A stretch of DNA of 64,000 nucleotides, taken from the NCBI GenBank assembly GCA_003601775.1, contig PIYN01000001.1, positions 27,758-91,757 on the forward strand, written 5' to 3'. The notes beneath the pieces were generated by a model. That model made no database searches and was not told the origin of the DNA. It saw nothing but the letters and a program-made list of their open reading frames with translations. The DNA is from Candidatus Bathyarchaeota archaeon. Its GTDB lineage: Archaea; Thermoproteota; Bathyarchaeia; TCS64; PIYN01. The translations under genes and the position numbers were made by a program. Shown piece after piece: positions 1-8,826 of the stretch (positions within the stretch are counted from its first letter, which is position 1; every line of letters starts with the position of its first letter).

Positions 1-198
1 CCTCATGCCGACCTCCCAACCCCTCCAGGACCTCCCACCGCATCACCACGACGATCATAGACCCATACCCTACCTGGCATCGAACTGATATAGGGTTTGC
101 CTGAGATGAAGGAGGCCTTCCACCGAGAAGATCGTCGAGGGACACCTCTCAGGTCATCGCGATAATTTTATCTGGGGTCCCCTCCCCCTTTAGTTGAG

Positions 199-900
199 TT
201 GAGGCACTTGTCCCTTAGGGATGCTGGCTTGATGAGAGAGGTCGAGCGACTGGTCAGGCGTATTAGAGATCGGGAGTTGAGGGGGAAGGTAAGGGACCTG
301 CTGAGGAACCCTGAAGTTATACTTGAGGGCGACCGCCTGCCCCTGGAGGAGTGCCCAGGCGGGTCCTATGTCCACCACTCCTATCCTGGGGGCCTCCTCC
401 AGCACACCGTCTCCGTCGCTCGCATCGCCCTCCTCCTCTGCGACCTCGTCGAGGAGATCTACGGGGGCTCGGTCGACCGAGACACCGTCCTGGCCGGGGC
501 CCTCCTCCACGACCTGATGAAGTGCTACGTCTACAAGGTGGAGGGGGAGGGCTTCGCCTCGACGCCCCTCGGGGAGCGCATCGACCACCTCACCCTCCTC
601 GTTGCTGAGATGTACCGTCGAGGCTTCCCCCTGGAGGTCATCCACGCCGTCGTGGCCCATCACGGCGACAACAGCCCCCTCCCCCCGCGGACCCTGGAGG
701 CCCTCATCGTCTACATAGCCGACTATACAGACGCGGAGCTGAGCCGGAAGGTCCTGAGGGCCGCCGAGGGCTTAGTCCGCAGGGCGACACGAGAGGTTCC
801 AGGGAGGCTCTCCGCCGAGGAAGCACTACGTATCCTGAAGGTGAAGGAACGGGAGGGGTGGGAAGGGGTAAGGCGACTCCTGGAAGGGAGAGAAAGGTAA
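199..900 (+). CDS. HD-domain metal-dependent phosphohydrolase (true start possibly M12 at ~232)
   Basis: The translation carries HD-domain signature residues in the expected order: HHSYPGGLLQHT, LLHDLMK, HHG and YIADYTD. It is a 233-aa ORF with high-GC codon usage. Confidence 0.6.
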   Translation: MRHLSLRDAGLMREVERLVRRIRDRELRGKVRDLLRNPEVILEGDRLPLEECPGGSYVHHSYPGGLLQHTVSVARIALLLCDLVEEIYGGSVDRDTVLAGALLHDLMKCYVYKVEGEGFASTPLGERIDHLTLLVAEMYRRGFPLEVIHAVVAHHGDNSPLPPRTLEALIVYIADYTDAELSRKVLRAAEGLVRRATREVPGRLSAEEALRILKVKEREGWEGVRRLLEGRER

Positions 901-934
901 TTTAATAACCCTTGTGGCTATCTGTTATTGGGGC

Positions 935-1022
935 GCCGCGGTGCCAGAGTGGTTATTGGGCCAGACTCGAGATCTGGTGACCCTTTCGGGTCGCAGGGGT
1001 TCGAATCCTCTCCGCGGCGCCA
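935..1022 (+). tRNA. tRNA-Ser (anticodon CGA), class II with long variable arm, 3' CCA encoded
   Basis: Manual cloverleaf fold. Acceptor stem gccgcgg/ccgcggc with U8. D-stem ccag/ttgg with a GG-containing D-loop. Anticodon stem ccaga/tctgg with loop cuCGAga. A 17-nt variable arm carries its own gaccc/gggtc stem. T-stem agggg/cctct with loop TTCGAAT. Discriminator G followed by CCA. Confidence 0.75.
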
Positions 1023-1061
1023 ACAAAGGTTATCGAGAGTCAGACTCATCCATTTAGATAG

Positions 1062-2225
1062 TTATCTTCTTTCCTCTGGGGGTTTCACGTCCTTGAAGGT
1101 AAAGTAGAGCGTGAGGTCGTAGGCCGCCTTCAGGCCCCCGGCTATGGGGAAGGGGAGGGAGAGTCCAAGGAACTCCATGATGAAACCGGCGAGGCTGGGG
1201 CTGACCGCGAGTGTGAGGCTCCGCGGGAGGTTGATGATCCCGGCGACGCGGCTCCGTTCCTCCGGCTTCACGATGGCCATCACGTAGGACTGCCTCGTCG
1301 GCACGTCCATCTGCGATAGGAGGGCGCGGCTCAGGTAGAGGAGTATCGACGAGGCGAGGTTCGGCATGAAGGGTATCATCATCGTCATCATGTTCGCGGG
1401 GAGGTGGCTGAAGACCATGGTATTGATGAGGCCGATGCGCTCGGCAATGCGGGCGGCGAGGATGAAGGAGAGGGCCGAGAGGAGGCTGGAGGCGGAGAAG
1501 ATGACACCGATGACGTCCATCCCGAGGCCGAAACGGACGAAGAACCAGTAGGATACAAGGCTGGAGGTGATGAGACCTCCTCCGAAGGAGTCCATGCTGA
1601 ACAGCAGAGACAGCTTCAAAATGTTCCTCTTGGTCTCGGGCGATAGGGGAACTACTCGATCCTTCGCTACCACCTCCACCTCGGCCCTGCTGGATAGCTG
1701 GGAATACAGGATGAGGGCCCCGAGGTTGAGGAGGGCGTAGAGGCCGAACATCACCCTGTAGGAGGCGAGCTCTGAGAGGGAGAACCGGCTCTGGAGGAGG
1801 ACGACCATCCCCGTGAAGAGGGAGCCGCCCGAGGTGGCGAGATAGCTCAGGGTGCTCCTTATCGCGTACATCCTCGTCCTCTTCTCATCTGGGCAGGTCT
1901 GAGCCAGAATAACCCTCTCCAACATCTGGATGGGGCCGAAGCCCCCTCTGTACCCCATCGTGGAGATGATGGCCGTGGGGATGAGGATGGCTGGGTTCGA
2001 TATCCCCGCGAAGATCCCACCTGAGAGGGCGGCGATGAGCCCGAAGAGGACCAGCATCTTCCTCCGCCCGACCTGATCGGCGAGGAACCCCGCCACGAGG
2101 TTCAGGAAGGTCGAGAATAGGAGCCCCCCGGTCAACACGAGGCCTATCTGCCAGAGGGGCAGCCCTATGACGCTCAGGAAGACCGCGAAGAAGACGGAGA
2201 CGAAGCTGCTCGCGAAGGACTGCAA
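1062..2225 (-). CDS. MFS-type membrane transporter
   Basis: A 387-aa ORF that is hydrophobic throughout, with about 12 predicted TM segments, a conserved G-rich loop (GRR-like) and the 6+6 architecture typical of the major facilitator superfamily. Confidence 0.55.
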   Translation of the reverse strand: MQSFASSFVSVFFAVFLSVIGLPLWQIGLVLTGGLLFSTFLNLVAGFLADQVGRRKMLVLFGLIAALSGGIFAGISNPAILIPTAIISTMGYRGGFGPIQMLERVILAQTCPDEKRTRMYAIRSTLSYLATSGGSLFTGMVVLLQSRFSLSELASYRVMFGLYALLNLGALILYSQLSSRAEVEVVAKDRVVPLSPETKRNILKLSLLFSMDSFGGGLITSSLVSYWFFVRFGLGMDVIGVIFSASSLLSALSFILAARIAERIGLINTMVFSHLPANMMTMMIPFMPNLASSILLYLSRALLSQMDVPTRQSYVMAIVKPEERSRVAGIINLPRSLTLAVSPSLAGFIMEFLGLSLPFPIAGGLKAAYDLTLYFTFKDVKPPEERR

Positions 2226-2406
2226 GGGCCTAACGGCGAGGAGGGAGCTTCCCCTCCCTCGAGAGCCAATCCATCAGCAAGGGCTTACATAGCTCCTGTA
2301 TAGAAACTCGCGGTCGTATGGGGCATATAACCTTTATTTCCCCATCTAACCCCTGTTCACCGCCCTCCATGGAAGGGGTAGAAAAAGGCTTTTAATCCGA
2401 TTAGAT

Positions 2407-3450
2407 GTGATCTTCTTGGAGGTTATTCTGATGCCTGAGGTAATTGAGGTTGGAGATGTAGCCGCGAAGAGAGGGGAGTTGAAGAAGGGTATCATCAAGG
2501 GCGTCGAGCTCGTCAATAACGTGAGTATAGATATACCCGTCCTCGTGATGAATGGGGTTAAGGAGGGCCCGACCCTCCTCCTCATGTCGACTCAGCACGG
2601 CATAGAGATCCAGGGCATCGAGGTCATCAGGAGGGTGATGAGGGAGGAGGTCCGTCCGGAAGGCCTCAGGGGGGCGATCATCGGGATACCCGTGGGGAAC
2701 CCCCTCGCCTTCATGCACCACCAGTACCTCTCTTGGATCGATAACCTGGACGTGGGGCGGGTGAGGGCTGACAACCCGAGGGGGAACACGACGGAGAGGC
2801 TGGCCCACGCCCTCTGGACGGAGGCATGGAGCAAGGCGGACCTCATCGTCAACCTACACTGTAACACGAGGCCCGACTCCCTCATCTACCAGTGGATCAA
2901 CGTGGGGAACCCCAAGACGAGGGAGAAGCTGGAGAAGATGGCCGAGGCCTTCGGCGTCACCACCATCGTCTCCGACACGCCGGTCGCCGAGGATGCGCCC
3001 CCGACCCTGGGAAACCTCGCCGCGAGGAAGGGGATCCCGGTCCTCCTCGCGGAGTTGATAGATGGGAGGTGGATCTCGGAGCCCTCCACGAGCGCCGGCG
3101 TCAGGGGGGTCCTCAATATCATGAAGGTCTTCGATATGATCGATGGTGAGCCGGAGCCCCAGAGGGGCTTCCCTATCGTCCCCGGCGTCAACAGGTTCTA
3201 CGGAATCATCAGGGCTAACAGGGGAGGCCTGATACGCTTCTTCAAGAAGCCGGGCGAGTTCATAAAGCAGGGGGAGGTTCTCGCGGAGATCTACGACCTC
3301 TACGGCGACGTCATCGAGGAGGTGAGGATGCCCGTCGACGGCTACGTCTGGGCCTACCCCTGCGGCCAGTCCCTCGGCACCTCCGGTAGCCTACAGGCCG
3401 TCCAGACGGGGGCCAACATCGCCTACGCCTTCACGCATGAGAAGGACTAA
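2407..3450 (+). CDS. succinylglutamate desuccinylase/aspartoacylase (AstE/AspA, M14-like Zn hydrolase) family protein
   Basis: Contains TQHGIEIQG (the HGxE metal-binding motif of the family) and a later LHCN motif. It is about 340 aa, which is typical for this family. Confidence 0.5.
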   Translation: MIFLEVILMPEVIEVGDVAAKRGELKKGIIKGVELVNNVSIDIPVLVMNGVKEGPTLLLMSTQHGIEIQGIEVIRRVMREEVRPEGLRGAIIGIPVGNPLAFMHHQYLSWIDNLDVGRVRADNPRGNTTERLAHALWTEAWSKADLIVNLHCNTRPDSLIYQWINVGNPKTREKLEKMAEAFGVTTIVSDTPVAEDAPPTLGNLAARKGIPVLLAELIDGRWISEPSTSAGVRGVLNIMKVFDMIDGEPEPQRGFPIVPGVNRFYGIIRANRGGLIRFFKKPGEFIKQGEVLAEIYDLYGDVIEEVRMPVDGYVWAYPCGQSLGTSGSLQAVQTGANIAYAFTHEKD

Positions 3451-3510
3451 CGTTCCCCTTCTCCCTTTTTATCCCGTTGGGTCTTCCTACCCCGGATAAG
3501 ATCTATCTTA

Positions 3511-4260
3511 GTGGTCTCTCGGACTCATCTATTTGAGCAAAAGGATTTTTACTATGATACCGATCCCAAGGTTATGGCAGAGGGTCTGCAAGAGACTAAA
3601 AGATCTGGGGTAGTCGCCCTATTCTTGGGATTTTTAAATCTGGCAGCCTTCTCTTTCCTCTCCTACCTTGAACTTCCGCTATTGCGGTTCATTTTTCCCA
3701 TCCTATTCCTCTGGGTCCTGCCCTTTCTCATCTCCTATAGGGTTGAGGGGAGAGATGCGAGCGCCTTAGGTTTAAGCCTTAGATCGGAGAGGTTCTCCCT
3801 TTACCTTCTTTATACCCTCCTTGGCTTTATCCTCACGACGCTTCTCTTATGCATGGAGTTTCACCTCAGGATCTGCTTCGCAGGGGAACCCCTTGGCGAG
3901 GTCCTTAGGGTAGAGGAGGATCTTGTCACGGGGCTGCTTTTCCAGATTGGGGGTATCGGCCTGCCTGAGGAGGTCTTCTTTAGAGGGTTTTTGATGGGGA
4001 GACTTTGTAATTGGCTGGGAGAGGAGGAAGGGTTAGTTCTGAGTAGTCTCCTCTTTGGCATGGGGCATGTAACGTCCAGGCTCTGCCAGATCGGACTGGA
4101 CTACGCCCTCTCAGCGACCATAATCGGCGTATACGCCTCCCTAAACGGTCTGATATTCGGTTATCAGTATCTGAAGACGGGGAGTGTGCTCCCCTCCGCG
4201 GCAACTCATATCTCCCTTAACCTCTTCGGCGCACGGATCGTTAATGCTATCCTTCTCTGA
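3511..4260 (+). CDS. CPBP-family (CAAX-protease-like) intramembrane metalloprotease
   Basis: Multi-TM protein carrying the CPBP motifs EEVFFRGFL (EExxxR) and FGMGH (FxxxH), followed by a later conserved His. Confidence 0.6.
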   Translation: MVSRTHLFEQKDFYYDTDPKVMAEGLQETKRSGVVALFLGFLNLAAFSFLSYLELPLLRFIFPILFLWVLPFLISYRVEGRDASALGLSLRSERFSLYLLYTLLGFILTTLLLCMEFHLRICFAGEPLGEVLRVEEDLVTGLLFQIGGIGLPEEVFFRGFLMGRLCNWLGEEEGLVLSSLLFGMGHVTSRLCQIGLDYALSATIIGVYASLNGLIFGYQYLKTGSVLPSAATHISLNLFGARIVNAILL

Positions 4261-4263
4261 TGG

Positions 4264-5061
4264 CTATCTCCCGCCATCTGTTTCCACGCCCAAGAGGGGG
4301 TCACCCTCACCCGCCTTGAATCCCAGCTCCCATCCACGTTGGTCCATCTCCCGGAGGAAGGAGACGAGGAGCTCCACCAAGGCGTCTCTCATCTTCCTCC
4401 CCTTCTCGGCCGTCGCCTTCGTCGGGTCGCCCGTCACGCCATAGGGCGTGAGTTCCTCGAACCTCCACTTCACCTCGACATGTGCGGGGAGCTTGGGGAT
4501 CACTCCTCGCGCATGGCTCATCTCGACGAGTTCGGGGACCACCGCCAGCATCATCGAGGTCTTGCCCTCTCCTCCGTGTCCCAGCCCGCCCCAGGCCTCG
4601 AAGGTCCCCTCTGGGAGGAGGTCCGCTGCCGTCTTCCACCAGGCCTCGAGGACGGCGATCTTCATCTCGGGGTGCTTAACCCTGAACTCCCTCGTCGCTG
4701 CCTCGATGGCGGGGATGTTCCCGTCATGCCCGTTGATGATGAGGAGCCTCCTTATCCCGTGCCTCAGCAGGGACTCGAAGACCTCCCAGAGGACCCGCAT
4801 AAGGGTCTCCGTGGAGAGGGAGAGGGCGAGGGGGAAGGAGGCGTAGTGGTGGCTCATCCCGAGGGGGAGGGGGGGAAGGACCAGAAGCCCCTCAACCCTC
4901 TCGGCGACGGCCTCGGCGAGGTGCTCCGCCACGAGGGTATCCGTCCCGTAGGGGAGGTGCTCCCCATGGTACTCCGTGGACCCGATGGCAAGGACCGCCT
5001 TATCGAAGCGCCCCAACCGGAAATCACGACCCGTCATCCTAAATAACCGTTTCTCACTCAT
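4264..5061 (-). CDS. creatininase-family amidohydrolase (ArfB-like), paralog 1
   Basis: Carries the creatininase-fold motifs GSTEYHGEHLPYGTD and INGHDGN. It is a paralog of the ORF at 25903-26682. Confidence 0.65.
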   Translation of the reverse strand: MSEKRLFRMTGRDFRLGRFDKAVLAIGSTEYHGEHLPYGTDTLVAEHLAEAVAERVEGLLVLPPLPLGMSHHYASFPLALSLSTETLMRVLWEVFESLLRHGIRRLLIINGHDGNIPAIEAATREFRVKHPEMKIAVLEAWWKTAADLLPEGTFEAWGGLGHGGEGKTSMMLAVVPELVEMSHARGVIPKLPAHVEVKWRFEELTPYGVTGDPTKATAEKGRKMRDALVELLVSFLREMDQRGWELGFKAGEGDPLLGVETDGGR

Positions 5062-5174
5062 AATCCAACCACAGTTAGACCACTAATCTCAGAAATATAT
5101 AAGACGACCCTCATGGTGCCTCCCTAAATGGATTCCCACATCCAAGGGAGAAGCCGAAAAAGAGAGGTTTGAAA

Positions 5175-6428
5175 CTACGTCCCCTTCTTCCATGAGGATA
5201 GGTACTCGCGCTGTTCCTCGGTCAACTCATCTATCTCGACGCCCATCCCCCTCAGCTTCAGCCTCGCCACGAAGCGGTCGATCTCCTCCGGGACCCTGTA
5301 GACCTTGGGCTCCATCCTTGGGTGCTTCGCGAGGTACTCGACGCAGAGGGCCTGGTTGGCGAAGGACATATCCATCACCTCGCTGGGGTGGCCCTCGGCC
5401 GCCGCGAGGTTCACGAGCCTCCCCTCTGCCAGGAGGTAGAGCCTCCGCCCATCCTTGAGCCTGTACTCCTCCAGGTTCGGCCTGATGAGGCGCTTGGAGA
5501 CGGAGAGGGCCTCCAGGTCGGGGAGGCTGATCTCCACGTTAAAGTGGCCGCTGTTCGCCAGGATCGCGCCGTCCTTCATCCTCTCCATGTGTTCCCCCCT
5601 GATGACGTTGATGTCCCCGGTAGCGGTGACGAAGAGGTCGCCGACCTCGGCCGCCTCCCTTAGGGGCATCACCCTGAAGCCGTCCATCACCGCCTCCAGC
5701 GCCCTCAATGGGTCGACCTCCGTGACGATGACGTTGGCGCCCATCCCCCGCGCCCTCAGGGCGATCCCCCTCCCGCACCACCCGTAGCCACAGACGACGA
5801 AGTTCTTCCCCGCCAGGAGGATGGAGGTGGCCCTGAGGATGCCGTCGATGGTGCTCTGCCCTGTCCCATAGCGGTTGTCGAAGAGGTACTTGGTGTAGGC
5901 GTCGTTCACGGCGATGATGGGATACCTCAAGGCCCCATCCCTCGCCATCGCCCTCAGCCGGATGACCCCCGTCGTCGTCTCCTCCGTCCCCCCCTTCACC
6001 TCCCCCAACGCCTCGGTCCTCTTCGAGTGGAGGGTGCTCACGAGGTCCGCCCCATCATCGAGCGTGACCACCGGCACCCCGTCGATGACACGGTCGATGC
6101 ACCAGTAGTACTCCTCCGTCGTCTCCCCCCTCCAGGCGTAGACGCCCACACCCCTCTCCGCGAGGGCCGCCGCGACCTCATCCTGCGTCGAGAGGGGGTT
6201 CGAGCCACAGAGGAAGACCTCCGCCCCACCGGCCATCAGGGTCTCCACGAGGACAGCCGTCTCCTTCGTCACGTGGAGGCAGGCCCCCACCCTCAACCCT
6301 TCCAACGGCCTCTCCTCCCCGAAACGCCCACGGATCTGCCTGAGAACGGGCATATGCATCGAGGCCCACTCGATCATCAGGTCCCCCTTCTCAGCGAGGG
6401 AGATGTCCTTTACCTTGTATCCGACCAT
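5175..6428 (-). CDS. ahcY: S-adenosyl-L-homocysteine hydrolase
   Basis: Begins [12 protein letters not shown], which is the conserved AHCY N-terminus. Also has an NAD-binding GYGWCGRG Rossmann motif and a conserved C-terminal region. The likely start is the internal Met at 6428, not the track start at 6497. Confidence 0.85.
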   Translation of the reverse strand: MVGYKVKDISLAEKGDLMIEWASMHMPVLRQIRGRFGEERPLEGLRVGACLHVTKETAVLVETLMAGGAEVFLCGSNPLSTQDEVAAALAERGVGVYAWRGETTEEYYWCIDRVIDGVPVVTLDDGADLVSTLHSKRTEALGEVKGGTEETTTGVIRLRAMARDGALRYPIIAVNDAYTKYLFDNRYGTGQSTIDGILRATSILLAGKNFVVCGYGWCGRGIALRARGMGANVIVTEVDPLRALEAVMDGFRVMPLREAAEVGDLFVTATGDINVIRGEHMERMKDGAILANSGHFNVEISLPDLEALSVSKRLIRPNLEEYRLKDGRRLYLLAEGRLVNLAAAEGHPSEVMDMSFANQALCVEYLAKHPRMEPKVYRVPEEIDRFVARLKLRGMGVEIDELTEEQREYLSSWKKGT

Positions 6429-6559
6429 GATAATTCCCGAGTAGGATAGGGACGCTCCATTATTTAAGGCACTTCCCCAGAACCCGACGAGGGACAAAGA
6501 TATGAGACGTCAGGCCTTAAGTTACAGCAGGTACCCTTCAGCTTTAGGGAGGATAGGAG

Positions 6560-6946
6560 ATGAGGTTTGTTAAGGGGAGCGACCTAAGGGCCTTCCCCAT
6601 ATTTGGGGATGTCTTGGGGAGGGTGGTCTTCAGCAGCGAGAGGGTCATGTTCCTCCTCGTGGAGATACCGCCAGGGGGAATTGTGCCGGAGCATAGCCAT
6701 CCTCACGAGCAGATGGGGGTCTGTCTAAAGGGGAGGGCCGAGTTCAGGTCAGGGGGAGAGAGGAGGATAGTCGAGGAGGGGACCTTCTACTGGATAAAGC
6801 CGGGGGAGAAGCACAGCGTCATCTCCCTGTCAGATGGGCCGAGCCTCTTCTTAGACGTCTTCAACCCACCCAGGGAGGACTACCTGGAGAGGATCAGGGA
6901 ACTCGGCGGGGCTAAACGAGACGCGGTCGAGGATGAAGGCTTATAA
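6560..6946 (+). CDS. cupin-domain protein
   Basis: 128 aa. The His/Glu pattern PEHSHPHEQ...G...H matches the two cupin motifs. Confidence 0.55.
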   Translation: MRFVKGSDLRAFPIFGDVLGRVVFSSERVMFLLVEIPPGGIVPEHSHPHEQMGVCLKGRAEFRSGGERRIVEEGTFYWIKPGEKHSVISLSDGPSLFLDVFNPPREDYLERIRELGGAKRDAVEDEGL

Positions 6947-6984
6947 CGAGACTCTCCCTTAACTACCTCTGGGAGGATTCCAGA

Positions 6985-8760
6985 TTGTCCGAGGAGTTTG
7001 ATATTCTCATAAAGAACGCGACTATAGTCGAGGGGACCGGGAAGAAGGCCTACGTCGGCTCCATCGCCATCAAGGGTGACCGCGTTGAGGCCCTTGGGGA
7101 GGTGAAGGGCGACGCGAAGAGGGTGATAGACGCGACGGGGCTGACCGCCCTCCCGGGTTTCGTCGACGCCCACTCCCACCACGACGGCCTACTCCTCTGG
7201 TACCCGAAGTGCGAGAGCTACGTGATGCAGGGCGTCACCACCTTCATCGGGGGCCAGTGCGGCGGATCTCCAGCCCCCTTCGGGGACCACATCCCCGTCT
7301 TCGGCCGCCTCCGGGAGTACCTCTTCGAGTTCGTCCCCTACAAATACTACCCTCCGAAAGTGCTCTACCCCATCGAGCAGGTGAATGAGTGGATGAAGGA
7401 GAAATTCGGGTGGACGATAGACTGGAGGACGATGGGTGAGTACTTCAAGAAGGTTGAGAAGGTCGGCATCTCCATGAACTACGCTCCCCTCGTCGGTCAC
7501 GGGACGATAAGATACTTCGTCATGGGGGAGGACTACAAGCGCCACTGCAACGAGAGGGAGCTGGAGGAGATGAAGGAGCAGATCCACAAGGCGATGGAGG
7601 AGGGCTGCATCGGCATGTCCACGGGCCTTGACTACGACCCCGACGTCTTCGCCTCAAAGGAGGAGATCAACGAGTGCGTCGCCGTGTTGAAGGAGTACGG
7701 CGGGATCTACTGCCCCCACTGGAGGCGGACCGGGAGGAGGAGGGGAATAGCAAGGGGGCATAGGCGGGTTGAGAAGATCGAGGGTATCCTCGAGTGCATC
7801 GAGACCTGCAGGGTCACGGGCGTCCCACTCCACTTCGCCCACCTCGCGACGGGCTGGTACATCGACCCCACCCCACCCGAGGTGTTGGAGGAGGCGAATA
7901 TCAGGGCGACGCTCCAGGTCATAGACAAGGCGAGGGAGGAGGGCCTCGACGTGACCTACGACGCCATCCCCTTCTTCGTCAGAGGAGGCTTCTCCGTCCT
8001 GCCCTACCTCTGCTCCCTCCTCGCACCCTGGCTGAGGGAGCTCGGCTCGAGGGAGGCCCTCGCCAAGTGGCTGAAGGTCCCCGACTTCAGGGAGGAGATA
8101 AAGGACGCCATCGCCAGGGGCAAGTGGTTCTGGCGCATCGCCTACAACCCCAACACAAACCCCCACTGGGCTGAGAATATCACGATACTGAAGAGCAAGA
8201 GCCCAGGCTGCGACGGAAAGACCCTCGCCCAGATAGCAGCGGAGCGGAAGAAGGACCCCATGGACGTATACTTCGACATCATCGCTGAGGACCCGGATAC
8301 GAGGGCCCTCGCAGGGCCGGTGAGGGCGACGGAGAGCTACAGGCTCTTCTACACCCACCCGGCTGGGATGGTGGGCCTCGACGTCGTGGCCCGGGACACC
8401 AAGTGGCAGGGGGAGTACCCGCCCTACTCCCTGCCCGGGATCAACACCTTCAGCGCCTACCCCATCTTCCTCATAAAGTTCGTGAGGGAGGAGAAGGTCT
8501 TCTCCCTGGAGGAGGCGGTCCAGAAGATCTCGACGATGCCGGCGAAGGTCCACGGCCTGGAGGGGAGGGGTGTCATAGCCGAGGGGGGCTACGCGGACAT
8601 AGTGCTCCTCGACCTACCTAACCTCAAGGTGCTTGGGGACCCGCTGGAGCCGAGGAGGTACCCGAAGGGCATCGAATACGTCTTCGTCAACGGGGTCCCC
8701 GTGGTGGAGAAGGGGAAGCACACCGGGGCAACGCCGGGGAGGGTCCTCAAGAGAAGATAG
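6985..8760 (+). CDS. N-acyl-D-amino-acid deacylase (D-aminoacylase) family amidohydrolase
   Basis: Metal-binding motif GFVDAHSHHD near the N-terminus. The 591-aa length and domain order are typical of D-aminoacylase-type amidohydrolases. An oligo-T terminator follows at ~8771. Confidence 0.7.
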   Translation: MSEEFDILIKNATIVEGTGKKAYVGSIAIKGDRVEALGEVKGDAKRVIDATGLTALPGFVDAHSHHDGLLLWYPKCESYVMQGVTTFIGGQCGGSPAPFGDHIPVFGRLREYLFEFVPYKYYPPKVLYPIEQVNEWMKEKFGWTIDWRTMGEYFKKVEKVGISMNYAPLVGHGTIRYFVMGEDYKRHCNERELEEMKEQIHKAMEEGCIGMSTGLDYDPDVFASKEEINECVAVLKEYGGIYCPHWRRTGRRRGIARGHRRVEKIEGILECIETCRVTGVPLHFAHLATGWYIDPTPPEVLEEANIRATLQVIDKAREEGLDVTYDAIPFFVRGGFSVLPYLCSLLAPWLRELGSREALAKWLKVPDFREEIKDAIARGKWFWRIAYNPNTNPHWAENITILKSKSPGCDGKTLAQIAAERKKDPMDVYFDIIAEDPDTRALAGPVRATESYRLFYTHPAGMVGLDVVARDTKWQGEYPPYSLPGINTFSAYPIFLIKFVREEKVFSLEEAVQKISTMPAKVHGLEGRGVIAEGGYADIVLLDLPNLKVLGDPLEPRRYPKGIEYVFVNGVPVVEKGKHTGATPGRVLKRR

Positions 8761-8770
8761 AGAAACCCCC

Positions 8771-8781
8771 AATTTTTTTGA
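8771..8781 (+). terminator. oligo-T archaeal terminator after amidohydrolase gene
   Basis: The sequence caatttttttga lies immediately 3' of the stop codon at 8760. Confidence 0.45.
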
Positions 8782-8826
8782 TCCTTGAGAATACGCTAAA
8801 GGCCGTTCATCTCCAACACGTCTAAA

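Noticed and set aside
190-663. 157-aa minus-strand ORF antisense to the HD-domain gene
   Set aside because: It lies entirely inside a well-supported plus-strand gene. Its composition is typical of GC-rich antisense frames, with no motifs.
4307-5046. Several Arg/Pro/Gly-rich ORFs on both strands inside the creatininase gene (e.g. 4339-5046 +, 4307-4639 -)
   Set aside because: These are alternative-frame artefacts of high-GC coding sequence. They are low-complexity R/P/G-rich with no start context and are nested in a real gene.
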